Source: Azolla caroliniana
Lineage: Eukaryota; Plantae; Polypodiophyta
Direction: 5' to 3'
NCBI GenBank assembly: GCA_043228905.1
Contig: JBHGNT010000020.1
Location: 4,836,001 to 4,900,000 of the forward strand
Length of the DNA: 64,000 bases
Both the position numbers and the translations under genes were made by a program. Under the pieces are notes generated by a model. The model was not told the origin of the DNA. It saw nothing but the letters and a program-made list of their open reading frames with translations, and ran no database searches. This document shows positions 1-11,000 of the stretch, in pieces (positions within the stretch are counted from its first letter, which is position 1; each line of letters begins with the position of its first letter).

Positions 1-1
1 G

Positions 2-1456
2 TGGTGTCCAAATGAATTGAGTAGTGAAATATTGATCTCTGTGAAGTTATTTGAGTCAGTGAACACCAATTTCGAAGGAAATGTGTGTAAAAGAAAGGAT
101 CTAGTTCGGAAGATGCTTAAACCAAGGGATTTGGTGTCTCTGTTTGTAGTATCTCTAGGAAAGTTCATTAAACACAACTTCATTTATTCATGGCAGGCCC
201 ATCAGTTTAAGACTTGCATATCTGATTTCCCAAATGATGTAGTAGTCTCAGTAGTAGATTTCGCAGAGAATTATACTTTCAAGCAGCAGAATGAAATTCA
301 ATCTATGCATTGGTGTTCAGTTCAGGTAACCATTTTTGTGCACATAACATATTTTCGAGTTTCAGGTGATGTTAAAAAAGTAATTCATTTCTTTATTTCC
401 GATGATAAGAAGCATGATACCTTGTTCGTCCAACACTGTTTTAAGTTACATTGGCAGTGGTTATTAGCTCAACGTTTGGAGCTTACTCAACATTGGGTCT
501 GGTCTGACGGAGCTGCGTCACAATTCAAGGCTCGACGTCCATTTTATTTTGTGGGGAGGTATCCTACTATAACAGGTTTGGAGATGAGATGGAATTTTTT
601 TGGGTCTGGCCATGGTAAAGGTGAACATGATGGTGCAGGGGCTGTTATAAAGCGGGCACTTACCCATGAACAACTAAAGACAGATGGTGTGCACATGAAT
701 TGTGCATCACATTTAGTTGAATTTTTAAGAACAAATATGTCAACGAGTGCCACAGGTGTTTATTCCTCGCAAGTCCGAGATATCAAACGTGAATTTTGGG
801 AAGTGAAGATAGATGAAGTAAATAGGGAGAAGACCTGGGAGTGCCAAGGAATTCCCGAATTGCGATCTCTGCATGCTGTTCGCGGTTATTCCAGGTTGGA
901 TGGTCATTGTATTGCGGTTAGAGAATTGACTTGTTTTTGCTTCCATTGTGTGCAGGGAAATTGGAGATATTGTCTAAACAAAGCATACATTCAGAATTGG
1001 GAGTATCACACTCTGAATGATAAGGAAGCAGTTGATGGAGAAACAGGGCAGAATGCTGACTTCACATATGAGGGACTTGGAGATACTTTGAGTGATGTCC
1101 TGAACGTTGGGGATAACTTCGCTGTAAATGCTGAAGAAGGCAATTCAGAGGGTGCTGATTTCTATATATTAAAGTGCACGGTTAGTAAACAGTGTGCAAG
1201 GCAGAATATTGTAGATGCATGGGGAAATTTTGTATCTGCCGGGACATTCTACATCGAAGGCATTTTTTATGCAAAACTAGATGACTACGAATATGTGTAC
1301 AGGCTGTTAGAAGACAAACCAGCGGCGTATATGTACTCTCATTTGGTCAGATGCATCAACGTCCCAATGTCAGAATACAATAGCTGCTCCGGTTTATACA
1401 CTGTTGGTGCTAATGTGTATGAATGTATTTACAATAGTATGCCATGGAATTTGTAG
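2..1456 (+). CDS. Sola2-type DDD transposase, C-terminal part (frame open from window start)
   Basis: Motifs VVDFAENY...EIQSMHW, SDDKKHD, WSDGAASQFK and WNFFGSGHGKGEHDGAGAVIKR, then a CxCxxC...C zinc-finger-like segment. No stops or frameshifts. Confidence 0.8.
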   Translation, partial: WCPNELSSEILISVKLFESVNTNFEGNVCKRKDLVRKMLKPRDLVSLFVVSLGKFIKHNFIYSWQAHQFKTCISDFPNDVVVSVVDFAENYTFKQQNEIQSMHWCSVQVTIFVHITYFRVSGDVKKVIHFFISDDKKHDTLFVQHCFKLHWQWLLAQRLELTQHWVWSDGAASQFKARRPFYFVGRYPTITGLEMRWNFFGSGHGKGEHDGAGAVIKRALTHEQLKTDGVHMNCASHLVEFLRTNMSTSATGVYSSQVRDIKREFWEVKIDEVNREKTWECQGIPELRSLHAVRGYSRLDGHCIAVRELTCFCFHCVQGNWRYCLNKAYIQNWEYHTLNDKEAVDGETGQNADFTYEGLGDTLSDVLNVGDNFAVNAEEGNSEGADFYILKCTVSKQCARQNIVDAWGNFVSAGTFYIEGIFYAKLDDYEYVYRLLEDKPAAYMYSHLVRCINVPMSEYNSCSGLYTVGANVYECIYNSMPWNL

Positions 1457-1927
1457 CTACAAGTAGCACTTACCATGTTCTCTTGTAAAACAAACATGTA
1501 TTTCGCGAAAACAGATCAATAAATTCGTTTGGAATCAATTTCTTGTATACAGTCTGCTTTCTGTGCTTCTTTCTCAATAAAATCATGTCTTTTTTGTTAA
1601 GTTTTAAGTTATAAGTTATAGCGAAATAGTCATTAGTAGCTAATTAGCTGTACAAATGCAGCTAATTAGCTGTACAAATGTATTTACAATAGTATGCCAT
1701 GGAATTTGTAGCTACAAGTAGCACTTACCATGTTCTCTTGTAAAACAAACATGTATTTCGCGAAAACAGATCAATAATTCGTTTGGAATCAATTTCTTGT
1801 ATACAGTCTGCTTTCTGTGCTTCTTTCTCAATAAAATCATGTCTTTTTTGTTAAGTTTTAAGTTATAAGTTATAGCGAAATAGTCATCAGTAGCTAATTA
1901 GCTGTACAAATGCAGCTAATTAGCTGT
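1422..1927. repeat. Tandem duplication of ~255 bp covering the transposase stop codon and 3' UTR
   Basis: 1422-1676 is repeated almost exactly at 1677-1927. Confidence 0.95.
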
Positions 1928-2057
1928 CAATAGCTAAATAGTCATCAATAGAATGAAATCAACAATCTGCAACATATTCCTCAAATTACACAGTAGATAA
2001 GTACAGTGGGAACAAGTAATTAAATTCTTCATTGAATAATGTCATCTCTTTACATAT

Positions 2058-3152
2058 TTATAAATTACCATTGGAAATGTCTACAAATCTCCTATAAACA
2101 GCTAAGCTCTTTCTAGTCAGTGGAACGAGTCTACATATATTATCCGCATATTGAGCTCGGTATGGAGTCCACAACCATGCACCTAGTTGGCAACTCACTA
2201 TTTGCACCAGGTACTGTTCAGGCATTTCCTCGGGTAGAATGAGACAGCATCTCCGAATATTGAAGTAGTGTCGGAAATGTTCTGTATCCAAAATCAATGT
2301 ATTGTGGGCATTATATTCAGGCCAAGTAGCCCAAAAATCAGAAAGTCTCTTGAATCTTGCAGCTTCCATTTGCTCACAATTTTCTCGTGCCCATTGACCT
2401 TTAAAACGACTTCGCCATTTTGGGAAGAATCTTGCCAAACACTTCCACACATCTGATTTTGGTTTTTCACTCCAAATAAACAAATCAAAGTATTCCATAG
2501 CCCACTCTAGAAACTGATTTGCGTCCCTCCTTGGCTGCATATATCTCACACTCATCAAGACTTTATCAAGCTCCAAGATCAAGGCTCTTCTTTCGACTTC
2601 TAGTGGTTTAGGTTTCCATTCCTGAAACTGAGCCGCTGTTACACCATTTTCTGGTAGGATACGATCAATCTCAATCAGCTCAGGTTCGGCTGACACAACT
2701 GGTGTCCTTTTCCTCTTTAAACCCCTAGTCGACTGTGTTGGGCCTAGCTTCACATTCTGGTGCTCTTGTTTTGTCGACTTAGTTATCAATCCTTGGATTA
2801 CCTCAGTGCATGTAGCTACTGATCTGCTCGATATCAGTCCACTGGTATCACATGCTGCATCTACCTGCAACACCAAGTCATCCGTGCTACATGCTGCATC
2901 TACCTGCAACACCAAGTCATCCGTGCTACATGCTTGATCAACTTGTGTGACCAGATCACTTGTGTCAGTTGCTACATCTACTTTCAAGATGGGGCCCTTT
3001 AAACATGCCGCAACATCAACAGTATCCACACTGCCATTGGCCTTACGAGCAATAGAATCAAACCCTTTAGACTCTGCAACATCAGAAAACACCAACATAT
3101 TCACACTCACAAAGTAACTAATAGTCTCACAAAACAATATCCTGAACATCAA
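2058..3152 (-). CDS. FCP1/SCP (NIF) HAD-family phosphatase-like protein with degenerate catalytic motif; true start or splicing unresolved
   Basis: ALILELDKVL (DxDx position), FLEWAMEYFDLFIWS, KRLSDFW and YNAHNTLILD follow the NIF domain pattern. The N-terminal region has 13-aa repeats (39-bp units, 2850-2934). Confidence 0.65.
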   Translation of the reverse strand: MMFRILFCETISYFVSVNMLVFSDVAESKGFDSIARKANGSVDTVDVAACLKGPILKVDVATDTSDLVTQVDQACSTDDLVLQVDAACSTDDLVLQVDAACDTSGLISSRSVATCTEVIQGLITKSTKQEHQNVKLGPTQSTRGLKRKRTPVVSAEPELIEIDRILPENGVTAAQFQEWKPKPLEVERRALILELDKVLMSVRYMQPRRDANQFLEWAMEYFDLFIWSEKPKSDVWKCLARFFPKWRSRFKGQWARENCEQMEAARFKRLSDFWATWPEYNAHNTLILDTEHFRHYFNIRRCCLILPEEMPEQYLVQIVSCQLGAWLWTPYRAQYADNICRLVPLTRKSLAVYRRFVDISNGNL

Positions 3153-3322
3153 AGAGTTTCAGTCATAGAACAACACTCTTCAAATTATCTTGGAAAAACA
3201 TCATAGAGTTCCATTACATAATGTGGATCAAGCAACAACCAATCTGAGGTTTTACTTGTCCAACAGGATAGTAAAACTTCATAAAACCCTAGCAAAATCC
3301 CTAAGCTAACAATCATATCCAA

Positions 3323-6300
3323 CTAAACAGTATTTCGCTCCACTATGTCTGGGCCCCTTGACCGAGTAACTGGTCTTGTTCCCGATCGTGGCCCCTTCTT
3401 CAGCCTTTTTCTGGTTGGTTCCCCATTTAGCCTTGCTTCTAGGACCCAATGCGCAAGTGTGTCCTCCTCCGACAACCTTCCCATCGCCTCAGCAGCTAAT
3501 TGCACATCAGCCGTTTCTTGAACTAGCTTTTCAAGTACAGAGGGATCTGTTTGGACATTTTCAGTAGTTGGGCTCGGTGGGGTGGAATCAAGGTCTTGAG
3601 ACTCGAAGAAATGTTGCATCAAGTGTTCATAAACACTGTTGTTGTGAACCTCAGTTTTACATGTTGTTTCCACTATTTCATGGCATTTCACATCGTTGCC
3701 TAATTCAGTACACTGTTCCAAAAGAATAGGGTGCAGCTGATCTGAAGGAGATGTGATAGCAGGACTCTTACTTTCAGCCACATTGGCAGTAGTATCCTCA
3801 TCTGTTGCAGCATCATCAGCACCAGACACATCATGTGCCGTCCTTAATCCACAAGATTCTACAATAACATGACAGTTATTTAGGATAGCTAATTAGCTAC
3901 TTTACTAAACTATGGTAGAAGCTAGGATAGCTAATTAGCTAGTACGATAGCTAATTAGCTAGTATGATAGCTAATTAGGTACTTTACTCAACTATGGTAG
4001 TAGTTAGGATAGCTAATTAGCTACTATGGTAGCTAATTAGCTACTTTACTCAACTATGGTAGTAGCTAGGATAGCTAATTAGCTACTTTACTCAACTATG
4101 GTAGTAGCTAGGATAACTAATTAGCTACTTTACTAACTATGGTAGTAGCTAGGATAGCTAATTAGCTACTTTACTAACTATGGTAGTAGCTAGGATAGCT
4201 AATTAGCTACAATGAAAGCTAATTAGCTACTTTCTGAACTATGTAGTAGCTAGGATAGCTTATTAGCTACTAGGACAGCTAATTAGCTGCCAGTAGCTAA
4301 TTAGCTACTAGGATAGCTAATTAGCTGCCAGTAGCTAATTAGCTGCCAGTAGCTAATTAGCTACTAGGATAGCTTATTAGCTACTTTACACAACTATGGT
4401 AGTAGCTACTAGGATAGCTAATTCGCTAGTAGGATAGCTAATTAGTTGCCAGCAGCTAATTAGCTAGTAGGATAGCTAATTAGCTACTAGGATAGCTAAT
4501 TAGTTGCCAGTAGCTAATTAGCTAGTAGGATAGCTAATTAGCTTTTTTACACAACTATGGTACTAGCTAATTAGCTAGTAGGATAGCTAATTAGCTACTA
4601 GGATAGCTAATTAGCTGCTAGTAGCTAATTAGCTACTAGGATAGCTTATTAGCTACTTTACACAACTATGGTACTAGCTAATTAGCTAGTAGGATAGCTA
4701 ATTAGCTACTAGGATAGCTAATTAGCTGCTAGTAGCTAATTAGCTAGTAGGATAGCTTATTAGCTACTTTACACAACTATGGCAGTAGCTAATTAGTTAC
4801 TAGGATAGCTAATTAGTTGCCAGTGGCTAATTAGCTAGTAGGATACCTAATTAGCTTTTTTACACAACTATAGTACTAGCTAATTAGCTAGTACCATAGC
4901 TAATTACCTACTAGGATAGCTAATTACCTACTAGGATAGCTAATTAGCTAGTAGGATAGCTTATTAGCTACTTTACACAACTATAGTAGTAGTTAGGATA
5001 GCTAATTAGCTACTATGGTAGCTAATTAGCTACTTTACTAACTATGGTAGTAGCTAGGATAGCTAATTAGCTACTTTACTAACTATGGTGGTAGCTAGGA
5101 TAGCTAATTAGCTACAATGAAAGCTAATTAGCTACTTTCTCAACTATGTAGTAGCTAGGATAGCTTATTAGCTACTAGGACAGCTAATTAGCTGCCAGTA
5201 GCTAATTAGCTACTAGGATAGCTAATTAGCTGCCAATAGCTAATTAGCTACTAGGATAGCTTATTAGCTACTTTACACAACTATGTCAGTAGCTAATTAG
5301 CTACTATGATAGCTAATTAGCTAGTAGGATAGCTAATTAGTTGCCAGTAGCTAATTAGCTACTAGGATAGCTAATTCGCTAGTAGGATAGCTAATTAGTT
5401 GCCAGTAGCTAATTAGCTAGTAGGATAGCTAATTAGCTTTTTTACACAACTATGGTACTAGCTAATTAGCTACTAGGATAGCTTATTAGCTACTTTACAC
5501 ATTAGCTGCCAGTAGCTAATTAGCTAGTAGGATAGCTAATTAGAAAAGACTAAGCTTATTAGCTACAGTATGGTATACCTGTTAGTTTTCTCCACTCATT
5601 TGGTAGAGTTGTACTGCAATCTCCCAAACAGAATGCAGCAATTCGACAGGCATGTTGAAAACAAAGCAGATGGTATGTGTGGTTGCATGGTTGTAGGTGA
5701 ACCAACGAAGACACAGTTTTGTCCTCCACACCTAACCCGCAAGCGATGCAACGTGCTTGAACTGTCAATAAATCATTTTCTGGTTCTACTTCATTTGGTA
5801 AGGGAGCAAGAATGTTCAGGTCCAAATCCTGTCTGGTCCTTACCATTCCCTCCACAAAATGTAGCTTCTTCTTAAGGCAGTTAACTACCTGTTCTTGATG
5901 AATGTATTGTTCCTTCAACGCAACAGAGAAATTTACCGATTAATTATTCTTGTTGTTGAAAGATACAACAACTTTGCTCAGGAATCGTTAACTTACTTGA
6001 AGCTTATCCAAATTGTAATCTGCAACAGTATTTACACCTAGAAGGTCCAGGTTCATTGAAAGAACCTGGATCTCTATTTGCAGTTCTATTTTATGCTGGG
6101 GATCCAGTGGCCCCTCTAATTCAAGCTCCTGTTGCGCAACCTATTCCAGATAATGCTTGATTAGCACATTTTACCCGTTATTTATAACACAATCACATAC
6201 CAGCAAAACAATAGTTACCTGAATCTTATTTCTAATTGTTGTAACAGCAGAAGTAACTTTGCTCTCCATTGCAGAAGCCATTGTGGCTTTCTCTAAATCA

Positions 6301-7554
6301 GTCTTAAAAAATGCCAATGTCTCACAGGCTTCATGGACATTTTTTAGCATATAGCTAACCAATGTCTCACCTGTATCATCGACATTGGCTTTCCTTGGGT
6401 GTCGGTGTGGTGTATGCCCCCGGTCTTGCTGGGAGTCGGCAGTTGCATCAACAGCTGCCATGCTCCAAAATCTGTCTATTTTTTGTGCCAAGGTCCCCAT
6501 CTTTCGGCATCTTTTTACCGATGCCTCACCATAGACTGCCCAAGCTACCCTATACATTTCAGGGTCTCTAGATTCCTTCGCTGTTTTGCAGTACTCATAT
6601 GCAAATGCTCTAGCAAATGAAACTGACAACTCATTGTTGACTGGGATCTCCTGATGAACTTTCTGGTGCAGTCTCATGCAGTCATCGTACAAGTCGGCTC
6701 GTGCATGCTTCAGCTTGACCTTGCCTTTGACTCTAGGCACTGTATATACTGTCATCCAGTCTATATCACTGATCAATTTATCACTTAGGACAGCAGGGTC
6801 AACACCCTCGAGTGACAGACCATAGGTGTTGTGGAAGTCCTCCTTTGTCTCGCAAAATTTTGCGAAGTTTAGCACTCTCGTATACGGAGGAACGAGCCAT
6901 CTGAAATATCATTTCAGAAATCAGAAATAGTGCAAAATCAGAATATGTGAGAATCAAAAACCCCAATCAACAACAACAAAAATGGTGAAAAATCTTTAAC
7001 TTAGCAAATCAGAAACCCTAATCATAATTTGTATTCAGAAATTTGAAATCAGAAACCCTAATCAAAATCTGTAATCAGAAGTTTGAAATCAGAAACCCTA
7101 ATCAAAATCTGTAATCAGAAGTTTGTAACCAGAAACCTTATTCAGAAATTCTAATCAGAAATTTATAATCAAAAACCCTAATCAGAAATTTCAATCAGAA
7201 ACCCTAATCAAAAATTTCAATCACAAACCCTAATCAGAAATCCTAAGCAGAAATTTACAAACAAAAACCCTAATCAGAAATTCTAATTTGTAATCAAAAT
7301 TTGTAACCAGAAACCCTATTCAGAAATTCTAATCAGAAATTTATAATCAAAAACCCTAATCAGAAATTTCAATCACAAACCCTAATCAGAAATTTCAATC
7401 ACAAACCCTAATCAGAAATTCTAATAAGAAATTTATAAACAAAAACCCTAATCAAAAATTTCAATCAGAAACCCCAATCATCACTAAAGACAGGATTAAA
7501 CACAAAAAAAGTAATATAAACACACCTGTTGCTACTCCCCGATTTACGAGACAT
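3323..7554 (-). CDS. Predicted 5-exon gene (~574 aa): unknown N-terminal domain, coiled coil, RING-H2-like finger and acidic tail
   Basis: Exons 7554-7526, 6900-6219, 6140-5997, 5912-5579 and 3858-3323 all have GT-AG borders with matching phases (1725 nt, no internal stop). RING pattern: CIAC-x17-CNH-x2-H-x2-C-x10-C-x3-C. Confidence 0.7.
3880..5545. repeat. Array of the perfect 14-bp palindrome TAGCTAATTAGCTA with short recurring linkers
   Basis: Dozens of copies with reused linkers (CTAGGA, GCCAG, CTTTACACAACTATGG) and higher-order blocks. Lies within predicted intron 4 of the RING gene. Confidence 0.95.
6955..7480. repeat. Degenerate minisatellite built on the telo-box AAACCCTAAT(CAGAAATT)
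   Basis: Repeated AAACCCTAATCAGAAATT units in predicted intron 1 of the RING gene. Confidence 0.85.
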
Positions 7555-8033
7555 CCTTGTATGGGACTCCAAGGACTTCGCCCTATTCGATTTTGGGGAA
7601 ATATGAATCGGCACCAAAGTTCAGATAGTAGTCAAAAAGAAAAAACAAATGTTTGGGGTTTCTGTAACTGAAACATACCTGGACGATGATCGAGCGGGTT
7701 CTGTGTTGTAGCTCTCAATCTGCAATGTCGATTTTTTGCTGTTGCGGGAGCTACGTCTGCGTTCGTGCTCTGAGTACTCCATCTGCGTTCAAAATCAGAC
7801 TTAGGCTAAACAGGAAATTGATGACATTGAAGTCGACCTTAGATGATGGTGATATTCCCCAAGTTCCACTACGTCTGAAACAGAAGTTCAAATATTTGAG
7901 TTTTTTCATAAATTAGTTTTTCAAATATTTGATTTTCCCACAAAAAAGACTAGCTAAACAAATAGCTAATTAGCTATGGCCATTTTAGTAGCTAATTAGC
8001 TATAATAGTGTTTCCACTTGCATGCTTTTACCC

Positions 8034-11000
8034 ATGTAGATGAGAAGCAACGACGCACGGATGAGGCGACCGGTCCATTGAAGACATCGGAAAGCTGGAA
8101 CTCCGGAGGTAAGGGAAAAGAAAAGATGATTCCGGCATTCAAGCTCGCCTCGGACATCGAACAACAAACGGACTTGAAAAAGTTGTTCGAGGAGAGAATC
8201 CTCGATAGCCGGGTAGATTTTTCGCTTCGAGAACTACTCGGAATAGCGAAGAAGGAGTTCCACGATCTTCTTGTGGATCTTGTGAAGAGAAAAAGGCAAC
8301 GTATGGAGGAGAACACTCCAAGGGTGAATGCAAATACCGTTCTAATGAATGACATTGAATTGGAGGACGAAATACTGAATTCTCACTACACAAAGCCACA
8401 CTGGGCACGCGCAACTACGAAGACTCCAGTCCGAATCGGTAACATCAAAGAACCCGTGCTAGGATTGATTGATCACGGATCGGAGATCAACTTGATGTCC
8501 AAGGAATTTTACCGGAAGGGTAAGTGGCCTATTAACACGAATCATGGGTGGAAGATCCAGGCGGCCACTAAAACAACGGAAGATCTATTTGCGGCTTGTC
8601 CGAATGTGACAGTGAAGATCGGGGATGTCGAGATCGACCAAAATTTCTTCGTACAAGACGAGGTCTCACACTCCATGATCCTCGGGCAACCTTTATCACA
8701 GCATCACGGATGGAGACGAAGGTGCTCGATAGTGGTGCGGCTTTTGCACGAATTCGGAGCCAAAACGGAGGTGTCGGCGAATCATGAAAGGAACAAGAGG
8801 GAGCTCTTGTCCCAAACGAGAATGGATTTATAGAGCGGACTATTGCGGAGTGGGGAAGTGATAGTTCAAGAAGCCCTGATACCCCACACAGGAAGAAACC
8901 CCTTGGTGCAAAACAAGTACGAATCGGTCCGGATGGGGCATCCACGTACATGGCTGTAACCGGAGGAATGAAGAAAGAATACCGAAAAGTGGAGGATAAG
9001 TTACGGTCAGCATCAATAATAAAAGAGGACGAAGAAATCGTGGGAATAGTCGAAGAAGTGTTCTATGGGAGCACACTACAACGGCTTGAAGAGCTCGCGG
9101 AAGATACAAGCCAGGGAAACAGGGTAATTCCAGTGGAGTCGGTCGAGATGTACGAGATCATTGTGAAAATGGGGCCGGATGCGCTCCGCAAAGAAGAAGA
9201 ACTGGTGAGTACAAAATACAAGACCGTGGAGAAGAAAGTGAAACCGGCCACGGGACCGTAACCCGCAGATAGCGAACAAAAGAGGAAAGAAGTTTGGGGG
9301 GATCCGACACTTCGGAAGTCCATGGATATCGGACATGCCTTCACGGATGAGACCCGGAAGAAACTTCGAATCAGTGGAGGTGGGTTCCTATTAAAGAATG
9401 AAGAAGAACGATTCCGTGGGATGCTAGAGCGACATGGGAGAGCATTTGCATTTACATCGAAAGAAATAGGATGCGTTGACCCGAAGATAGTGGAGCCGAT
9501 GGTGATCTTCACGATTGACCATGTGCCGTGGAACCTGAAGCCAATTCCGGTGCCATGGGCGCATATTCCGAAAATCATCGACTTGCTCAAGGGGAAGTTG
9601 GCGATGGGGATTCTAGAGCCATCAAATGCTCCGTACTCAAATCGATGGCTTACGGTTCCGAAGAAGAATGGGTCACTCCGATTATTCAAGATTTGCAACC
9701 GGTGAACAAGGTCACGATCCGGAACTCCGGAGTCGGTCCGATAGTGGACGAATTTGCAGAAGCATTTGCCGGTCGCGCGGTATACTCCATCGGAGACCTA
9801 TACTCCGGATATGACCAATTCCAACTAGCTGTGAAGAGCCGAGACATCACTACCATGTGGACACCGATAGGATTAGTTGGACATCTATGTGGGCCCTACG
9901 GCTGAAGACCGTCACCAACCAAGATCGATGCGATTCAAGCTATGAAAGAAGTATGAGAGTCACAATCCGAAGTTCGAAGGTTTCTTGGAGCATGTGCATT
10001 CTACCACATATGGATTTTGCACTATGCACATATAGCGGACCCACTCTATCACTTGTTGCGGAAGGGTAAGAAGTTTGAATGGAAACCAAAGCATACCAAA
10101 GCTGTGAAGAAGCTCAAGAAATCACTACGGAGGGCAAAAGCACTAAAGAAGCCGAACTATGACCAACCGATCATAGTAACGGTTGACACAAGTCCAACCA
10201 GAATCAGATGGGTCATCAATCAAGCCAATCCGGAAGGTTCACGATATCCGATCCGATTCGGAGCAAAGGTTCTCAACGAAAGGCAACGCGGATATGCACA
10301 AGTTAAAAGAGAATTATGGGGAGTCGTGTCAGCAATCAAATCGGATCGAGATTATTTGATTGGAGCCGAAGTAGTGATCGAAACGGATTGTCTTCCGATA
10401 CTCGGGATGATGCGGTGTTGTACGATACCGGATGTGGCTATGCTAAGATGGATTTCATATGTTAAGTCACTTAATCCGGAGGTAAGACACATCTCCGGAA
10501 AAGATAACGCTGTAGCGGATATGCTATCAAGGGCGTGGTTCGGAGATGACATAACCGAATCCAATAATGAAGAAGTTTCCGAAGACTACTTTGCTTCGGA
10601 GCACATATGCCGGGTGGACGTAATCCAAGAATTCCAAGAAGAAGAATACGAGGGAGAAAGCTTGTTGATCGAGAAAATGCTACGAGAAATCGAGGAATCA
10701 TCGGACAATAAAGAGAAGAGAGCCAAGATCCGAAGTAAGAAACGACAAGTTAGAAAGTTCTTTTTGAAAAATGGATTTTTATGGAGGGAGCCGAAAAGAC
10801 CGGGTGGTATACCACTTCGAGTAGTCGGGACAAAAGAGCAACGAAACCAGGTAATGTCCGAATTTCACGAATCTGATTGGGCTGGACATCGGGGAACATG
10901 GGCAACATTTGGGAAGATCAAGCAAAGATATTGGTGGAATAATATGTACAAAGATGTCGCGGAGTTCAAGGAAAGCTGCGAGAACTGTCAAATCTACTCC

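Larger units (their letters stand above)
1..8033 (+). mobile_element. Large Sola2-type DNA transposon (copy 1; left end outside window) with cargo genes
   Basis: Contains a Sola2-like transposase and TAGCTAATTAGCTA motifs throughout. It ends ...GCATGCTTTTACCC at 8033, where Gypsy gag sequence begins abruptly. A CYC-3' end fits Sola2 termini as I recall them. The other end and the TSD are not in the window. Confidence 0.65.

Noticed and set aside
3880-5545. Palindromic repeats with spacers resembling a CRISPR array
   Set aside because: The linkers are short and reused rather than unique, there are no cas genes, and the context is a eukaryotic intron.
6955-7480. Interstitial telomere
   Set aside because: The AAACCCT units are isolated by longer linkers and are not tandem 7-mers.
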